The notes beneath the pieces are model-generated. The model did no database searches and had not been told where the DNA came from. It was given only the letters and a program-made list of their open reading frames with translations. A stretch of 64,000 bases of DNA. Source: Macrostomum lignano (lineage: Eukaryota). The translations under genes and the position numbers were made by a program. Positions 1 to 44,292 of this stretch are shown piece after piece. The stretch covers positions 133,378 through 197,377 of the forward strand of contig NIVC01001883.1 of NCBI GenBank assembly GCA_002269645.1. The letters are read 5' to 3'. Numbering within the stretch: position 1 is the first letter of the stretch; each line of letters begins with the position of its first letter.

Positions 1-345
1 TTAGACTCAGACCCTTTTTCAACTCAGACCCTGCTCTATTCGACTCAGACTCTACACTATTAGACTCAGACCCTTTTTTCAACTCAGACCCTGCTCTATT
101 AGATTAAGACTCTATTAGACTCAGATTCTACTCTATTAGACTCAGACTCTACTCTATTAGACTCAGACCCTTTTTTCAACTCAGACCCTGCTCTATTAGA
201 TTAAGACTCTATTAGACTCAGATTCTACTCTATTAGACTCAGATTCTACTCTATTAGACTCAGACCCTGCCCAGAGACACTCAGACCCTGCCCAGAGACA
301 CTCAGACCCTGCCCAGAGACACTCAGACCCTGCCCAGACTCAGAC
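1..345. repeat. Composite TTAGACTCAGA.. and 21-bp ACTCAGACCCTGCCCAGAGAC tandem repeats
   Basis: Directly visible periodicity. Confidence 0.85.
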
Positions 346-1320
346 CGCACCAAGCTGCTACTCCCAACGCCTGAAGGTCCCAAAGCAGCCAGCCTGATGC
401 AGCGCGGCAGTTCGTGGCACCCCAGACAGCGGGAAGCTACAAGAGGCTGAAAGTTGCGTCATTAAGAATTCGCTTTGACTGCTCAAGAGAAGCGGCCGGG
501 TCCCCGACGGGACTCCGCCGCGGCAGCAGCGCGGGGCTTCGCAGATCAAAGCACCGCTGCGCTCATCCGTCTGTCTTCTGCTTGAGCCCTGCGGGATTAG
601 CTGCTTCTCAATTATTTTCCCACCGCGCGGATCCCAACATAGGGGGGGGGGGCTTCTGTGCCGCAGGAGAGGCGAGAGCACAAACGTCCGAGTCGATTCG
701 GAGACAGATGCAGAAACACAGCGAGAGCTGATGAAGCCGCTTGCCCCCAACGATATCCCCGCACTTGCAGAATCCTCAGTATCTCTCACGGCCAGAAACT
801 CCTCCCCATCAGGAGGGAATCTTATCCTCCGACGCGCTGGGGAACAAGTTTCCCACGGCAAAGGGGGGGGGGGGCTCAAGTGGCAGAGAGAAAGAGAGCG
901 GGAGTGCGAGATCAAGAACTCGCTGCCACTACTCCCAGCTCGGGCTGAAGGGCCGAGTCTGGCAGGCAGGGCAGCCTCTGATTGAGTTAGGGCCGCTGAG
1001 GACCGCGGAGGCCTCGGTAATTGGGGCTGGGATTTCGGAGCCGGGCTCCACCTTCCCTCACTGGCCTCTCGCCTGCCTCGAAAATTCGATAACCCGAGGG
1101 AGGGCCCAAGAAACTGCCTCTCCACACGGAGGAGGCTGGCCGGGGCGATGCTGAGCAGCACTGACTCACTGCCTGCTCACCGCCTCCTCCAGCTGCCCTT
1201 CACCTGGCCGGGGACTTCTGACTCCGCCTCCCCATCTGCCTCTCCATTTGGCGATTTCTCAGATTGCCAATTCCGGGACTTGCGAAACTCGTTGCTCGAG
1301 TGGACTTTTCGTTCCTGGTT

Positions 1321-1722
1321 GAATGGCGCCAGTGTCCGAGCTGGACTGGGTGCTGATGGCGCCAGTGTCCGAGCTGGACTGGGTGCTGATGACGCCAGTG
1401 TCCGAGCTGGACTGGGTGCTGATGGCGCCAGTGTCCGAGCTGGACTGGGTGCTGATGGCGCCAGTGTCCGAGCTGGACTGGGTGCTGATGGCGTCAGTGT
1501 CCGAGCTGGACTGGGTGCTGATGGCGCCAGTGTCCGAGCTGGACTGGGTGCTGATGGCGCCAGTGTCCGAGCTGAGTTTGGTGCCGATGGCGCCAGTGTC
1601 CGAGCTGGACTGGGTGCTGATGGCGCCAGTGTCCGAGCTGAGTTTGGTGCTGATGGCGCCAGTGTCCGAGCTGAGTTTGGTGCTGATGGCGCCAGTGTCC
1701 GAGCTGGACTGGGTGCTGATGG
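1321..1722. repeat. 33-bp minisatellite, about 12 copies
   Basis: ATGGCGCCAGTGTCCGAGCTGGACTGGGTGCTG units. Confidence 0.95.
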
Positions 1723-2180
1723 CGCAGAAGAGATGGCAGAATAGATGGCCGAGTAGATGGCAGTGGAGATGGCAGAGGAGATGGCAGGGAGATGGCAGAG
1801 GAGATGGCAGAATAGATGGCAGAGGTGATAGCAGGGGAGGTGGCAGAGGAGATGGCAGAGGAGATGGCAGAATAGATGGCAGAGGTGATAGCAGGGGAGG
1901 TGGCAGAGGAGATGGCAGAGGTGATAGCAGGAGAGGTGGCAGAGGAGATGGCAGAGGCGATGGCAGGGGAGATGGCAGGGAGATGGCAGAGGAGATGGCA
2001 GGGAGATGGCAGATGAGATAGCAGGGGAGGTGGCAGGAGAGATGGCAGAGGAGATGGCAGAATAGATGGCAGAATAGATGGCAGAGGTGATAGCAGGGGA
2101 GGTGGCAGAGGAGATGGCAGAGGAGATGGCAGAGGAGATGGCAGGGGAGATGGCAGAGTAGATGGCAGGGGAGATGGCAG
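1723..2180. repeat. Degenerate 12-bp AGATGGCAGAGG repeat
   Basis: Directly visible. Confidence 0.9.
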
Positions 2181-3251
2181 GGGATTCCGTGTTTCCCCTT
2201 GTCTCCCCGTGGCTCGGGGCCCCAGGCCGCAAGACAAGGCGCAGCTGCGGCAGTATTCAGGCAGGCCTCGCGCCAGCAGTCAAACGGACTGGCAGCCGAG
2301 GCTCGGCAGGAATCCCCCCTGCTGCGAAGCCGGCAACAACAGTTACGCAAGCCGGGCAGCCGTGTCACCAGAAACTGGGTCTGACAGCTCTGCCCGCCCG
2401 CGAGCCGCATCTGGGGATTTCGGGGATACTTGACAAGGGTCAGCCTGCCAGCATCCCCTGTGCACTTCTTAGTCAGCGGCCGCTGAAGTCGAATGCCGCT
2501 CGAAGCTCGGCTGCCGGAAAGAAAGCGGCTTAGGGAAATTTATCCCACAAAGGGAGCCTGGCTGGGTTGATGGCAGGCGGGGGCAAGGAGAGGAGGGGGT
2601 AGTCAGGCAGATATCGGAGGCGGTGGAGGCTGGCATTGTGGGAGAGTTTCCAGCAGACGGTGAAGCCGCGTATCCATCGCCATCTGTCAGCGGTGGGAAG
2701 TCGGCGAATCACTGAAGGCGGTGGTGGCTCAAGACGGCACACGAAGCTGCTGAAGCCGCCACCGCAGCCTAATGAGCAGTTATCCATCGCGGGGGATTAG
2801 CCCCCGCCCAACACAGCTCAGCACTGGGCCGGGCCGAGTGGAACACGGAAAAATGATTATCGAAGCCAAAGGGGGAGGCTGGAAAGGGATGAAGGAGAGC
2901 TCTCAGATCCCCCGGCCCTCTAGCAGACTGTTGTTGGCGGGCCAGCAGCTGCGCCACTCTGCATTTTTGCCTTGATTTCTCAGCCCAGCCCAGCCGAGAG
3001 GTTCGCGGGACAAATTGGCGAACTCGCGGCAAAGTTGGGGAGGCGAGAGGGAGACATTCGGGCCAAAGCCGGCCGAGAACCGCGCTGGATTCGCAGGCCG
3101 GCCGTCAGCCAATGGCGGCGCCGCCCCCTCCCCTGATTTCCATATGGGATCAGCGGCGCCAGGTGACTGATGAAGCTGGATCGGGAGCTGCAGTCCGACT
3201 GTGTGAAAGAGATAAGAATTCTTCAACCAACCCGCCAGCATCCAGCATCAA

Positions 3252-36069
<32,818 letters not shown>

Positions 36070-36294
36070 CCGGATGGCCGCTGCCCCTCGACCAGCGAGC
36101 GCCGCTCAAGGCGAGTGTGTTTTGGGGATTTTATCCCGATTTCTATTTCATCGAATTTGGCAGCTCACTGGAGCTGGAAGGATCAGTGCCATGTTGGAGC
36201 TCTGCTCAAAAGAATTTCGACCCGACTAAACTGCAAGTCAGAATAGCGACATAGCCTAGCTAATTCCCCCCAGTACAGCTGCCGGTTGCACCCC

Positions 36295-36825
36295 CTCAGC
36301 CCAGCTCCCCCCCAGCCCAGTTCCCCAGCCCAGTTCCCCCCAGCCTAGTTCCCCAGCCCATCTCCACCCAGCCCAGTTCCCCCCAGCCCAGTTCCCCCCA
36401 GCCTAGTTCCCCAGCCCAGCTCCCCCAGCCCAGCTCCCCCCCAGCCTAGTTCCCCAGCCCAGCTCCCCCAGCCCAGTTCCCCAGCCCAGCTCCCCCCAGC
36501 CCAGTTCCCCCCAGCCCAGCTCCCCCCAGCCCAGTTCCCCCCAGCCCAGCTCCCCCAGCCTAGTTCCCCCCAGCCCAGCTCCCCCCAGCCTAGTTCCCCC
36601 CAGCCCAGCTCCCCCCAGCCCAGTTCCCCCAGCCCAGCTCCCCCCAGCCTAGTTCCCCTCAGGCCTCAGCCCAGTTCCCCTCAGCCCAGTTCCCCAGCCC
36701 AGCTCCCCCAGCCTAGTTCCCCTCAGCCCAGTTCCCCAGCCCAGCTCCCCCCAGCCCAGTTCCCCCAGCCTAGTTCCCCAGCCCAGCTCCCCCCAGCCCA
36801 GCTCCCCCCAGCCCAGCTCCCCCAT
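36295..36825. repeat. CCCAGCCCAGTTCCC-type repeat downstream of the neurexin stop
   Basis: Directly visible; G-run rich on the minus strand. Confidence 0.92.
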
Positions 36826-38159
36826 CTCTCACACAAAGGCATGAACTCTCAGTGCCATCTCAACAGCACACAGCGGTCCACTCGATAGCTGAGCTCGAAG
36901 TCCGTCCACAACTTTCGATTGCAGATACGCCGACGCCGGAACTCCATGCTCGCCGAAACGCGCCAATTTTGCCTAGCAACCGCCCTTCTAATACTAAATA
37001 TTAGCAGTTGATTCAATGAAGTGGAGCTACTTTCTGACAACTCTTCCCCGTAGACCATTTTGAATTGCCGCGTATTGCCAGCAGCACTTCGAACTCGCGC
37101 GTCCTTTCAACCCGCGTTCATAATGCAACATTTTTTACTTTCTGCTTTGTCTGCTCATGTTCAGGCATTCCTGCTATGTAAGGGGCAGCGCCATGACTGT
37201 CACTTGACAATATGTTGCACTTCTCTGCGGCACTTGCCCGCAGGCGTCCTCGAGGCACAACTGAAATGCATTTTTTATCATTTAAGTAGCTCTGCTCTGC
37301 GCCGCTGTTTGACTCTGTCATCCGCCTGTTGAGCGACTCTTTGAGCTGATCCCAGCTGCCCTCCGCTCACCCCTCACCCCTCTTGACTTACTTTGACTTA
37401 GCTGCAGGGGCGTCCGGCGGATATGCAGCGAGGAGGCGGAGGAGACCGCCCATTCAAATCCGCTTAGCCGCTGACGACGCTCACCCCTCACCCCTCCCCC
37501 TCCGCTTACCCCTCACCTTCCGCTCACCCTCACCCTCCGCGCACCATTTATCATCCGCCCACCTATGCTCATCCATGCCCCTTCATAAAAATGTGAGCCA
37601 TCCTCCCTGACACTTATTGAGCCATCCTCCCTACTTTATTACATGTAGCTCATCTGCTCACGATCCTCTCCTCCGCCCCCGCATCAGCCAGGCTATCAGA
37701 GCCATACGGTAACACGCAATGTCGTAGTACTTTCGCGTGCTCAGCAATCACCGAACAAAATCAATGCACTGGCAATCGTCGCCTGTCATCATTTTTCTCT
37801 GCTCCGCACTGGCTGGCAAGAATGCCAAGTGTTTCTCATCATAAGCATTTGCGTCCGTGTCGATTTAATCTTGAAATGGGATTTCAAGGATCTTGTTAAA
37901 GCATCAGCGCTGCGTTCTGTTCACAAACCTGATATTTTCAACAATGTACAAACAGGTGTGCAATGTACAAGCATGTACTCGTACACGCCATCTGTTTACT
38001 CAATACTCACTGTGAATGGGAAGATTCCCCCCATGTCTGTAAATACAAAATTATTTTGAGACTGGAAAATGAGATGTTTTTGTGCGGCCATGCAGCCACA
38101 AATCTGCTTCTTGACTTTCGGTGGCACTGCTGCCTTTCTTGACGTGTAGCTTATCACAG

Positions 38160-38449
38160 CCATAGCACACCCATAGCACAGCACTGGCAAATCCATTGCA
38201 CAGCACTGGCAAATCCATTGCACAGCACTGGCAAATCCATTGCACAGCACTAGCTCATCTATTGCACAGCACTAGCACACTCATAGCACAGCACTAGCAC
38301 ACACCCATAGCACAGCGCTAGCACACCCATAGTACACCCATAGCACAGCGCTAGCACACACCCATAGCACACCCATAGCACAGCGCTAGCACACAGCCAT
38401 AGCACAGCGCTAGCACACACCCATAGCACAGCACTAGCACACACCCATA
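38160..38449. repeat. AGCACAGCACTAGCACACACCCAT minisatellite, left half
   Basis: Continues after the LTR element at 43302. Confidence 0.9.
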
Positions 38450-38657
38450 TGTTGTGTAATGATCGATGCTGGCTAGCCGACGTGCAGTCTTTCTCTTTCT
38501 CTCTCAGTGCACCTGCCCCCAGTCCCCCATTGACGCGTACAATGTACATTGCTCACTGCACTTGACTAAACAATAATATATATATCGGCTCTCTGCCCAT
38601 CGCTGGCTTTAAGCGTTTCGTAGCTCGCACACACTCGCCTTGACTTCTAACATAACA
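38450..38657 (+). repeat. 5' LTR (208 bp)
   Basis: TGTTGTG..ATAACA; matches 43094-43301 except one base near the 3' end. Confidence 0.95.
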
Positions 38658-38669
38658 TGGCGTCGCAAG
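38658..38669 (+). promoter_or_regulatory. Primer-binding site (TGGCGTCGCAAG)
   Basis: TGG (complement of tRNA CCA) directly after the 5' LTR. The priming tRNA was not identified. Confidence 0.6.
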
Positions 38670-38692
38670 TCTAAACTTTCTAGCAAGCAAGC

Positions 38693-39529
38693 ATGGATGG
38701 ATTGAGGCCGCCAGAGCCCATGATTTTTGACACCAATAGGGCAGACAACTGGAGGCGATGGATCAGTGCATTTGATTTCTACATGAAAGCTACGAAGAGG
38801 ACTGAAGAAAGTGAAGAAGTGAAGATCGCTGTTCTCCTGACCGCGCTGGGATCCGATGGACAGGACGTATTCTCCACGTTTTCTGCAGACCAAGTAGCAA
38901 CGTACGCAGCTGTAAAGAGTGCGTTCCAAGAGTACTGCGAGCCTTTGTCGAATGAGACCTTTGAGCGCTACCAGCTTCGAACAAGAGTGCAAGGAGAAGC
39001 TGAGGACTTCGACCAATTCGTTGGCTCACTTCGCCAGCTCATCAAGCGATGCAACTACAGCGAGCCAGCGAACAAGGAGACCATCGAGAACAGCGTCATT
39101 CGAGATCAGATCGTCATCGGTGCGAACGACCCAGCTCTGAGGGAGAGGCTTCTCCGCGAGACAAAGCTGACGCTGGACCGCGCCATCCAGATGGGTCGAG
39201 CGTCGGAGACTTCGAAGCGGCAGGCTTGGACCCTGGCCACAGCGCAGATCAGCCGAGCAACGCCTGCACCCGCGCCAGCGTCCGTCGAGGCAGTTCAAGG
39301 CGAACCAGCCGGTCGCAGCCCGCCAGCAATGCCAAGTCGGCTCGCAGTTGCGGCTTCTGCGGACAGCAGCATGAGCGGCGCAAGTGCCCGACATTCGGTA
39401 AGACCTGCAATAACTGTGGTCGTGCAAACCATTTCTCGTCCGTGTGCCGCTCAGCTAAGAAGGTCAACGAGCTGGTGGAGAACACCGAGACCGAGTCCGC
39501 GGGTGATGGCCCGGCTGCAGCAATCATGA
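38693..39529 (+). CDS. gag: Gag (capsid part; homology appears to leave this frame near 39295)
   Basis: NWRRWISAF, ERYQLRTRVQGEAEDFDQFVGSL and IRDQIVIG..LRERLLRE..TLDRAI are typical of Mag-type Gag. Confidence 0.85.
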   Translation: MDGLRPPEPMIFDTNRADNWRRWISAFDFYMKATKRTEESEEVKIAVLLTALGSDGQDVFSTFSADQVATYAAVKSAFQEYCEPLSNETFERYQLRTRVQGEAEDFDQFVGSLRQLIKRCNYSEPANKETIENSVIRDQIVIGANDPALRERLLRETKLTLDRAIQMGRASETSKRQAWTLATAQISRATPAPAPASVEAVQGEPAGRSPPAMPSRLAVAASADSSMSGASARHSVRPAITVVVQTISRPCAAQLRRSTSWWRTPRPSPRVMARLQQS

Positions 39530-42500
39530 CCGTGGAGCAGCCAGGTGCTCGAACCAAGGCGCAAACCGACAGCTCGGCGATGATGGTGTGCCTGACTGTC
39601 ACGGACTCTGGAAGAAAGCTTCAGTTCAAGGTGGACACCGGTGCGGACGTCAACGTGATCCCTCTGAACCGGCTGATCCAGCTCGCCCCTGCAGCATCGA
39701 TTGAGCCGACATCCTGGACTCTGACAACGTACAACAAGCAGCTGCTGGACGTGGTCGGCATCACGTACTTGACTGTGTCTTCGCCCTGCCGGAAGAATGC
39801 CCGACTGCAGTTTGTTGTTGTCGGCGAGAACTCCACGCCTATCATCGGCTGGAAGTCAGCGATTGAGGAGCTGCAGCTGGTCAAGAAGCTGTTCTCGTTG
39901 CAGCAGAGTCCAAGCAGCATCAGCAAGGTGAGCAAGCAGCAGTTATCGGAACTGAACTCCAGCCAGTTAAAGGCCAGCTTCCCAGAAGTATTCAACGGCG
40001 TTGGTTGCATGAAGCAGCCATACACCATTCAACTGTCGGACAACGCAGTGCCTAAGGTGCAGCCTCCTCGCAAGGTGCCATTTGCTGCGTATCAACCTCT
40101 GAAGTGCGAGCTGGAGAGACTCGAGAAGGAAGGAACGATAGCGCGAGTCGACGAACCGACGCAGTGGGTCTCCAATGTGGCCATCGTGTGGAAGAAGGAC
40201 GGCTCGATGCGACTGTGTCTAGATCCGACCTACCTGAACAGGTTCATCATCAGAGAGTACCACCCGATCCCCACCGCCGAGGAAGTTCGAGCTGCGACTG
40301 CTGGAGCCATCCTGTACAGCTCATTCGATGCGAACGAGAGCTTTCACCAACTAAAACTCGATGATGAAAGCTCCTTCCTGACCACGTTCCACACCCCGTT
40401 CGGCCGATATCGCTGGAAACGAGTTCCATACGGTCTCTCATCCATTCCCGAGGTCTTCCAGAAGAGAATGGAAGAAAACGTCACAAACAACGTGAGAAAC
40501 TCTAAGAACTTCTTTGACGACATCATCGTGTGGGGAAGAACAGTCGAGGAGCACGACCAAGCTGTGCGAGAGCTCCTGGAGCAGTGCAAGCGTGCCAAGG
40601 TGACACTGAACCCACAGAAGATGCGAGCCGGTGTCCAAGAGCTCAACTACCTAGGCGATGTGCTCAGCTCGGAAGGGTTGCGAGCAGATCCAATGAAGGT
40701 CAAAGCCATCAAAGAAATGATCCGGCCGAATGATGTTGAAGGTCTCACTTCGAAGAAGGAGCAGCTAAGGCGATTTCTCGGCTGTGTGACGTACCTGGCC
40801 AAGTTTTGTCCTCATCTTTCCGCTACTGCAGAGCCGCTTAGACACCTGCTCAAGAAAGACGTCATTTGGAGCTGGACGCATCAGCACGACGAGGCGTACG
40901 ACTCAATCATCACGGAGCTGTGTTCTAACAGGGTTTTGGCCACATTTGACGTCAGCAAGCCAGTCACCGTGTCTGTGGATGCCTGCAAGAGCGGCATCGG
41001 TGCTGTGCTACTCCAAGAGGACCGTCCGGTTGAGTTCGCTTCATCAGCCATGACTAAAGCTCAGCAGGCATACGCGCAGATTGAGAAGGAGCTCCTGGCT
41101 ATTGTGTACGGCTGCAAGAAATTTCACCGCTACCTCTGGGGCCGCACTGTCAATGTCCAGAGTGACCATAAGCCACTGGAGTCCATCTTAAAGAAGCAGC
41201 TCTGTGACACCACGCCGCGCATCCAGCGCTTGCTGCTGCAGCTGCAGCCCTACGACATTCGTGTGAAGTACACACCAGGAAAGGAGCTGTACGTCGCAGA
41301 CACGCTAAGCCGAGCTCACGGAAAGACGGACAGCCTGACGCTTCTGCTGGAGGAAGCTTTGGACGGACAAGTGCTAGCTGTGGAGCGATGCTTCAGTGAA
41401 GACCGCGAGATTCTGACAATGATCAAGAAGGCCACGGCTGCAGACCAGACGAGCCAGCGTCTGCAGGAGGTCATTCAAGCCGGATGGCCCGAGCATCGAA
41501 ACCGACTACCTGACGATTTGAGAGTATTTTGGGATCTTCGCCATGATCTGACTTTCGTCTCAGGACTCCTGTGCCTGAAGGACCGCATCTACGTGCCAGC
41601 CGGCAGCGCCAGAAGCTCGATCCTAAGAATTTTGCACGCTGGACACCCTGGAATCGTCAAGATGGACCTGAAAGCCAAAGATTATTTTTACTGGCCAGGA
41701 ATGCGCACCTGCATCGAGCGAACTGTCAGCCAGTGCGAGGCCTGCCAGCGTAACATGAAGGCCCAGTCAAAAGAGACTTTGATGACCGTTGAAATGCCCG
41801 AGTTTCCGTTCCAAGTCTGCTCGACCGACTTGTTCGAGTTCCGGGGCGCTGCGCACCTGGTGTACGTAGACGCCTACAGCCACTGGATGAGCATCACCCG
41901 CCTGCGGTCGACAACAAGCCTGGCAGTAGTTCAGGTGCTCCAAGATCATTTCCAGAACTTTGGAGTGCCAGAGAAGCTCATCAGTGACAACGGGCCGCAG
42001 TTCACCGCAGGAGAGTTCCGCCAGTTCATGACCAGATTTCAAGTGGAGCACCGGACATCGAGTCCGGCCTACCCGCAGTCCAACGGCAAAGCAGAGCGAT
42101 ATGTGCAGACTGCCAAGAATATGATGAAGAAGTGCCAGGAGACTGGACAGAGCCTGGCACTGGCCCTTTTGCACTATCGCAACACGCCGGTCGGCAGCGG
42201 CTTCCCCAGCCCGGCGGAAATGGCGTTTGGCCGGAAACTGCGGTGCGACCTGCCGACAACGGTGCAAGATCTGCGGCCTCGGGAGACCTACGTGCATGCC
42301 AGCATCGAAGCATTCCAGAAGGAGCGGACCCGGGCAGCTCAGCTCTACAACCGCGGTGCGCGCGCACTTCGATGCTTGGAGGTCGGCGAGCCGATCTGGC
42401 TTCAGTGCGATCGTCGGAACTGGGTGGCTGCCGAGGTCGACAGCGAGTTGGACGGCAGCCCGCGGTCGTACTGGCTTCGCACGGAGTCGGGCCAGCTGCT

Positions 42501-42786
42501 CAGGCGCAACCGGCGGTTTATCAGGCCACGTGAGATCGGCGTGCCATTCCATGAAAGCTACCCAGTGGCAGTGGCTGATGAGGATGTCAATCTGTCGGAG
42601 GCGGACGACCAGCAGGCACCCGTGCAACCGGCCGTGCAACCCGCGACAGAGCAGCCTGCAGAGCCAGTGCAGCCAGCTGAGCAGCCGGCATCTGTGCAAC
42701 CGTGCTCAAGCTCGGACGACTCTGGGTTCCGGACCAAGCGAGGTCGGCTTGTCCATCAGCCGCAGAGGTACCAGGCCTCGTGGTGA
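39049..42786 (+). CDS. pol: Nucleocapsid + Pol (protease, RT, RNase H, integrase); meaningful coding from about 39295
   Basis: CGFCGQQHERRKC/CNNCGRANHFSSVC knuckles; FKVDTGAD protease; RLCLDP and FFDDIIVWG RT; VDACKSGIGAVLLQ and YAQIEKELLAI RNase H; HAGH..C..C, STDLF, ISDNGPQF and AERYV integrase. Confidence 0.95.
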   Translation: MQLQRASEQGDHREQRHSRSDRHRCERPSSEGEASPRDKADAGPRHPDGSSVGDFEAAGLDPGHSADQPSNACTRASVRRGSSRRTSRSQPASNAKSARSCGFCGQQHERRKCPTFGKTCNNCGRANHFSSVCRSAKKVNELVENTETESAGDGPAAAIMTVEQPGARTKAQTDSSAMMVCLTVTDSGRKLQFKVDTGADVNVIPLNRLIQLAPAASIEPTSWTLTTYNKQLLDVVGITYLTVSSPCRKNARLQFVVVGENSTPIIGWKSAIEELQLVKKLFSLQQSPSSISKVSKQQLSELNSSQLKASFPEVFNGVGCMKQPYTIQLSDNAVPKVQPPRKVPFAAYQPLKCELERLEKEGTIARVDEPTQWVSNVAIVWKKDGSMRLCLDPTYLNRFIIREYHPIPTAEEVRAATAGAILYSSFDANESFHQLKLDDESSFLTTFHTPFGRYRWKRVPYGLSSIPEVFQKRMEENVTNNVRNSKNFFDDIIVWGRTVEEHDQAVRELLEQCKRAKVTLNPQKMRAGVQELNYLGDVLSSEGLRADPMKVKAIKEMIRPNDVEGLTSKKEQLRRFLGCVTYLAKFCPHLSATAEPLRHLLKKDVIWSWTHQHDEAYDSIITELCSNRVLATFDVSKPVTVSVDACKSGIGAVLLQEDRPVEFASSAMTKAQQAYAQIEKELLAIVYGCKKFHRYLWGRTVNVQSDHKPLESILKKQLCDTTPRIQRLLLQLQPYDIRVKYTPGKELYVADTLSRAHGKTDSLTLLLEEALDGQVLAVERCFSEDREILTMIKKATAADQTSQRLQEVIQAGWPEHRNRLPDDLRVFWDLRHDLTFVSGLLCLKDRIYVPAGSARSSILRILHAGHPGIVKMDLKAKDYFYWPGMRTCIERTVSQCEACQRNMKAQSKETLMTVEMPEFPFQVCSTDLFEFRGAAHLVYVDAYSHWMSITRLRSTTSLAVVQVLQDHFQNFGVPEKLISDNGPQFTAGEFRQFMTRFQVEHRTSSPAYPQSNGKAERYVQTAKNMMKKCQETGQSLALALLHYRNTPVGSGFPSPAEMAFGRKLRCDLPTTVQDLRPRETYVHASIEAFQKERTRAAQLYNRGARALRCLEVGEPIWLQCDRRNWVAAEVDSELDGSPRSYWLRTESGQLLRRNRRFIRPREIGVPFHESYPVAVADEDVNLSEADDQQAPVQPAVQPATEQPAEPVQPAEQPASVQPCSSSDDSGFRTKRGRLVHQPQRYQASW

Positions 42787-43093
42787 ACTTTTGAGTGAAA
42801 ACTGACTGTTGACTGAATTTAAAGGAACTGAAAGCTCTTTTTAAGTTTCTATAATTTTGGTGAAAGGAGGTATAGCAGAAGTTGATGTGTTGCCTTTGCT
42901 GCTCAAGCGTGCGATTTAAAAAGCGGTCTAAAATGATATTTTTCAACATTAATATTGTATTGTTCCATATGATCGTAAAATATTTCAATGTTTTTATTTT
43001 TCCCCATTCAACTGTTTTCGTGCGACTCTATTCGTGCTACTATCTTCGTTCTACTATTTTCGTGCCATTATATTCGTACTTTTCAATGTAAGG

Positions 43094-43301
43094 TGTTGTG
43101 TAATGATCGATGCTGGCTAGCCGACGTGCAGTCTTTCTCTTTCTCTCTCAGTGCACCTGCCCCCAGTCCCCCATTGACGCGTACAATGTACATTGCTCAC
43201 TGCACTTGACTAAACAATAATATATATATCGGCTCTCTGCCCATCGCTGGCTTTAAGCGTTTCGTAGCTCGCACACACTCGCCTTGACTTCTAACGTAAC
43301 A
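43094..43301 (+). repeat. 3' LTR (208 bp)
   Basis: Near-identical copy of the 5' LTR, followed by the TSD CCATA. Confidence 0.95.
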
Positions 43302-43470
43302 CCATAGTATAGCACTAGCACAGACTCATAGCACAGCACTAGCACACACCCATAGCACAGCACTAGCACACCCATAGCACAGCGCTAGCACACAGCCATA
43401 GCACAGCGCTAGCACACACCCATAGCACAGCACTAGCACACCCATAGTACACTCAGCACAGCACTAGCAC
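43302..43470. repeat. Same minisatellite, right half
   Basis: Same units as 38160-38449. Confidence 0.9.
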
Positions 43471-44124
43471 ACCGCTGTACTTGAATCAAAACAGGGGCAC
43501 AAAAAAGCCAAGCAAAAAGCAGCAGAAGATAAAAAAGAACCGAAGCCGCAACAGCGCAATTATTTTCTAAGAAACGAGATCGCCGAGCCGCACGCACCCT
43601 GCCGATCCGGCCCAGTCTCCGCGACAGAACAGCGACATCAAGGTGCGAAGAGTATTCCATATATATTTATGAACTAATAATAATCGTAATAGAATCAGTA
43701 AGTTGGATCGAAAGCAGGAACCCAAACTACAATCAAAACAGACACGAAAGGCACGCACAGTTTAATCAATAATCGATGGCACTTGGCAGAGCAGGCAAAA
43801 TCATTATTATAAATATGAAAAATCGCATATTAAAAATAAAGACGGTACTGGCGGCTGTGCTGGGAAGAGCTGAAAGATTCGGTCTGCCAATTGAGATAGA
43901 TGGACAAATTAACAGAAGGGCGGTCGAAGTCCGGACACTGAAAATAGCTAAGAGAAAGCCTGGCTTGTAACAAAAGTGGAAAGCGGATTACAGAACTTAA
44001 CCTCGCCCCATCCGTACTGCTGCGCCAGCTTCATCACAGAGTTGCAGAGATTTGAGCAGGCAGTTCAGAGACAGGCAATCAGTCAGTCTTAGAAATGGAG
44101 GAAGCCGCGGTCTGGCTTGGAGCG

Positions 44125-44292
44125 TCAGTCGTCCTCGCGGACGCCGCGGGCGGGTCCCTTCTCGATCTGGTCGTCCAGCTCCTTCTTGGTCTCCTCCTCC
44201 CACTTCCGGATCTGCTCCATGGTGAGGCCGTACCACTGGTCCATGCTGCAGAACACCTGCCTGTGGAAGTTCGTGAAGATCCGGCGCTCCAT
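44125..44292 (-). CDS. PITPNA: PITP terminal exon
   Basis: [21 protein letters not shown] then stop. Confidence 0.92.
   Translation of the reverse strand: MERRIFTNFHRQVFCSMDQWYGLTMEQIRKWEEETKKELDDQIEKGPARGVREDD

Larger units (their letters stand above)
38450..43301 (+). mobile_element. Full-length Ty3/gypsy LTR retrotransposon, Mag-like (4852 bp)
   Basis: 208-bp TG..CA LTRs; 5-bp TSD CCATA (38445-38449 and 43302-43306); PBS TGGCG; gag, then PR-RT-RH-IN domain order; tandem zinc knuckle. Confidence 0.95.

Noticed and set aside
358-3240. ORFs upstream of neurexin as a separate gene
   Set aside because: No recognisable domain or coherent exon chain; consistent with GC-rich promoter or UTR sequence.
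36849-38059. Short ORFs between neurexin and the LTR element
   Set aside because: No recognisable homology or consistent splice sites.
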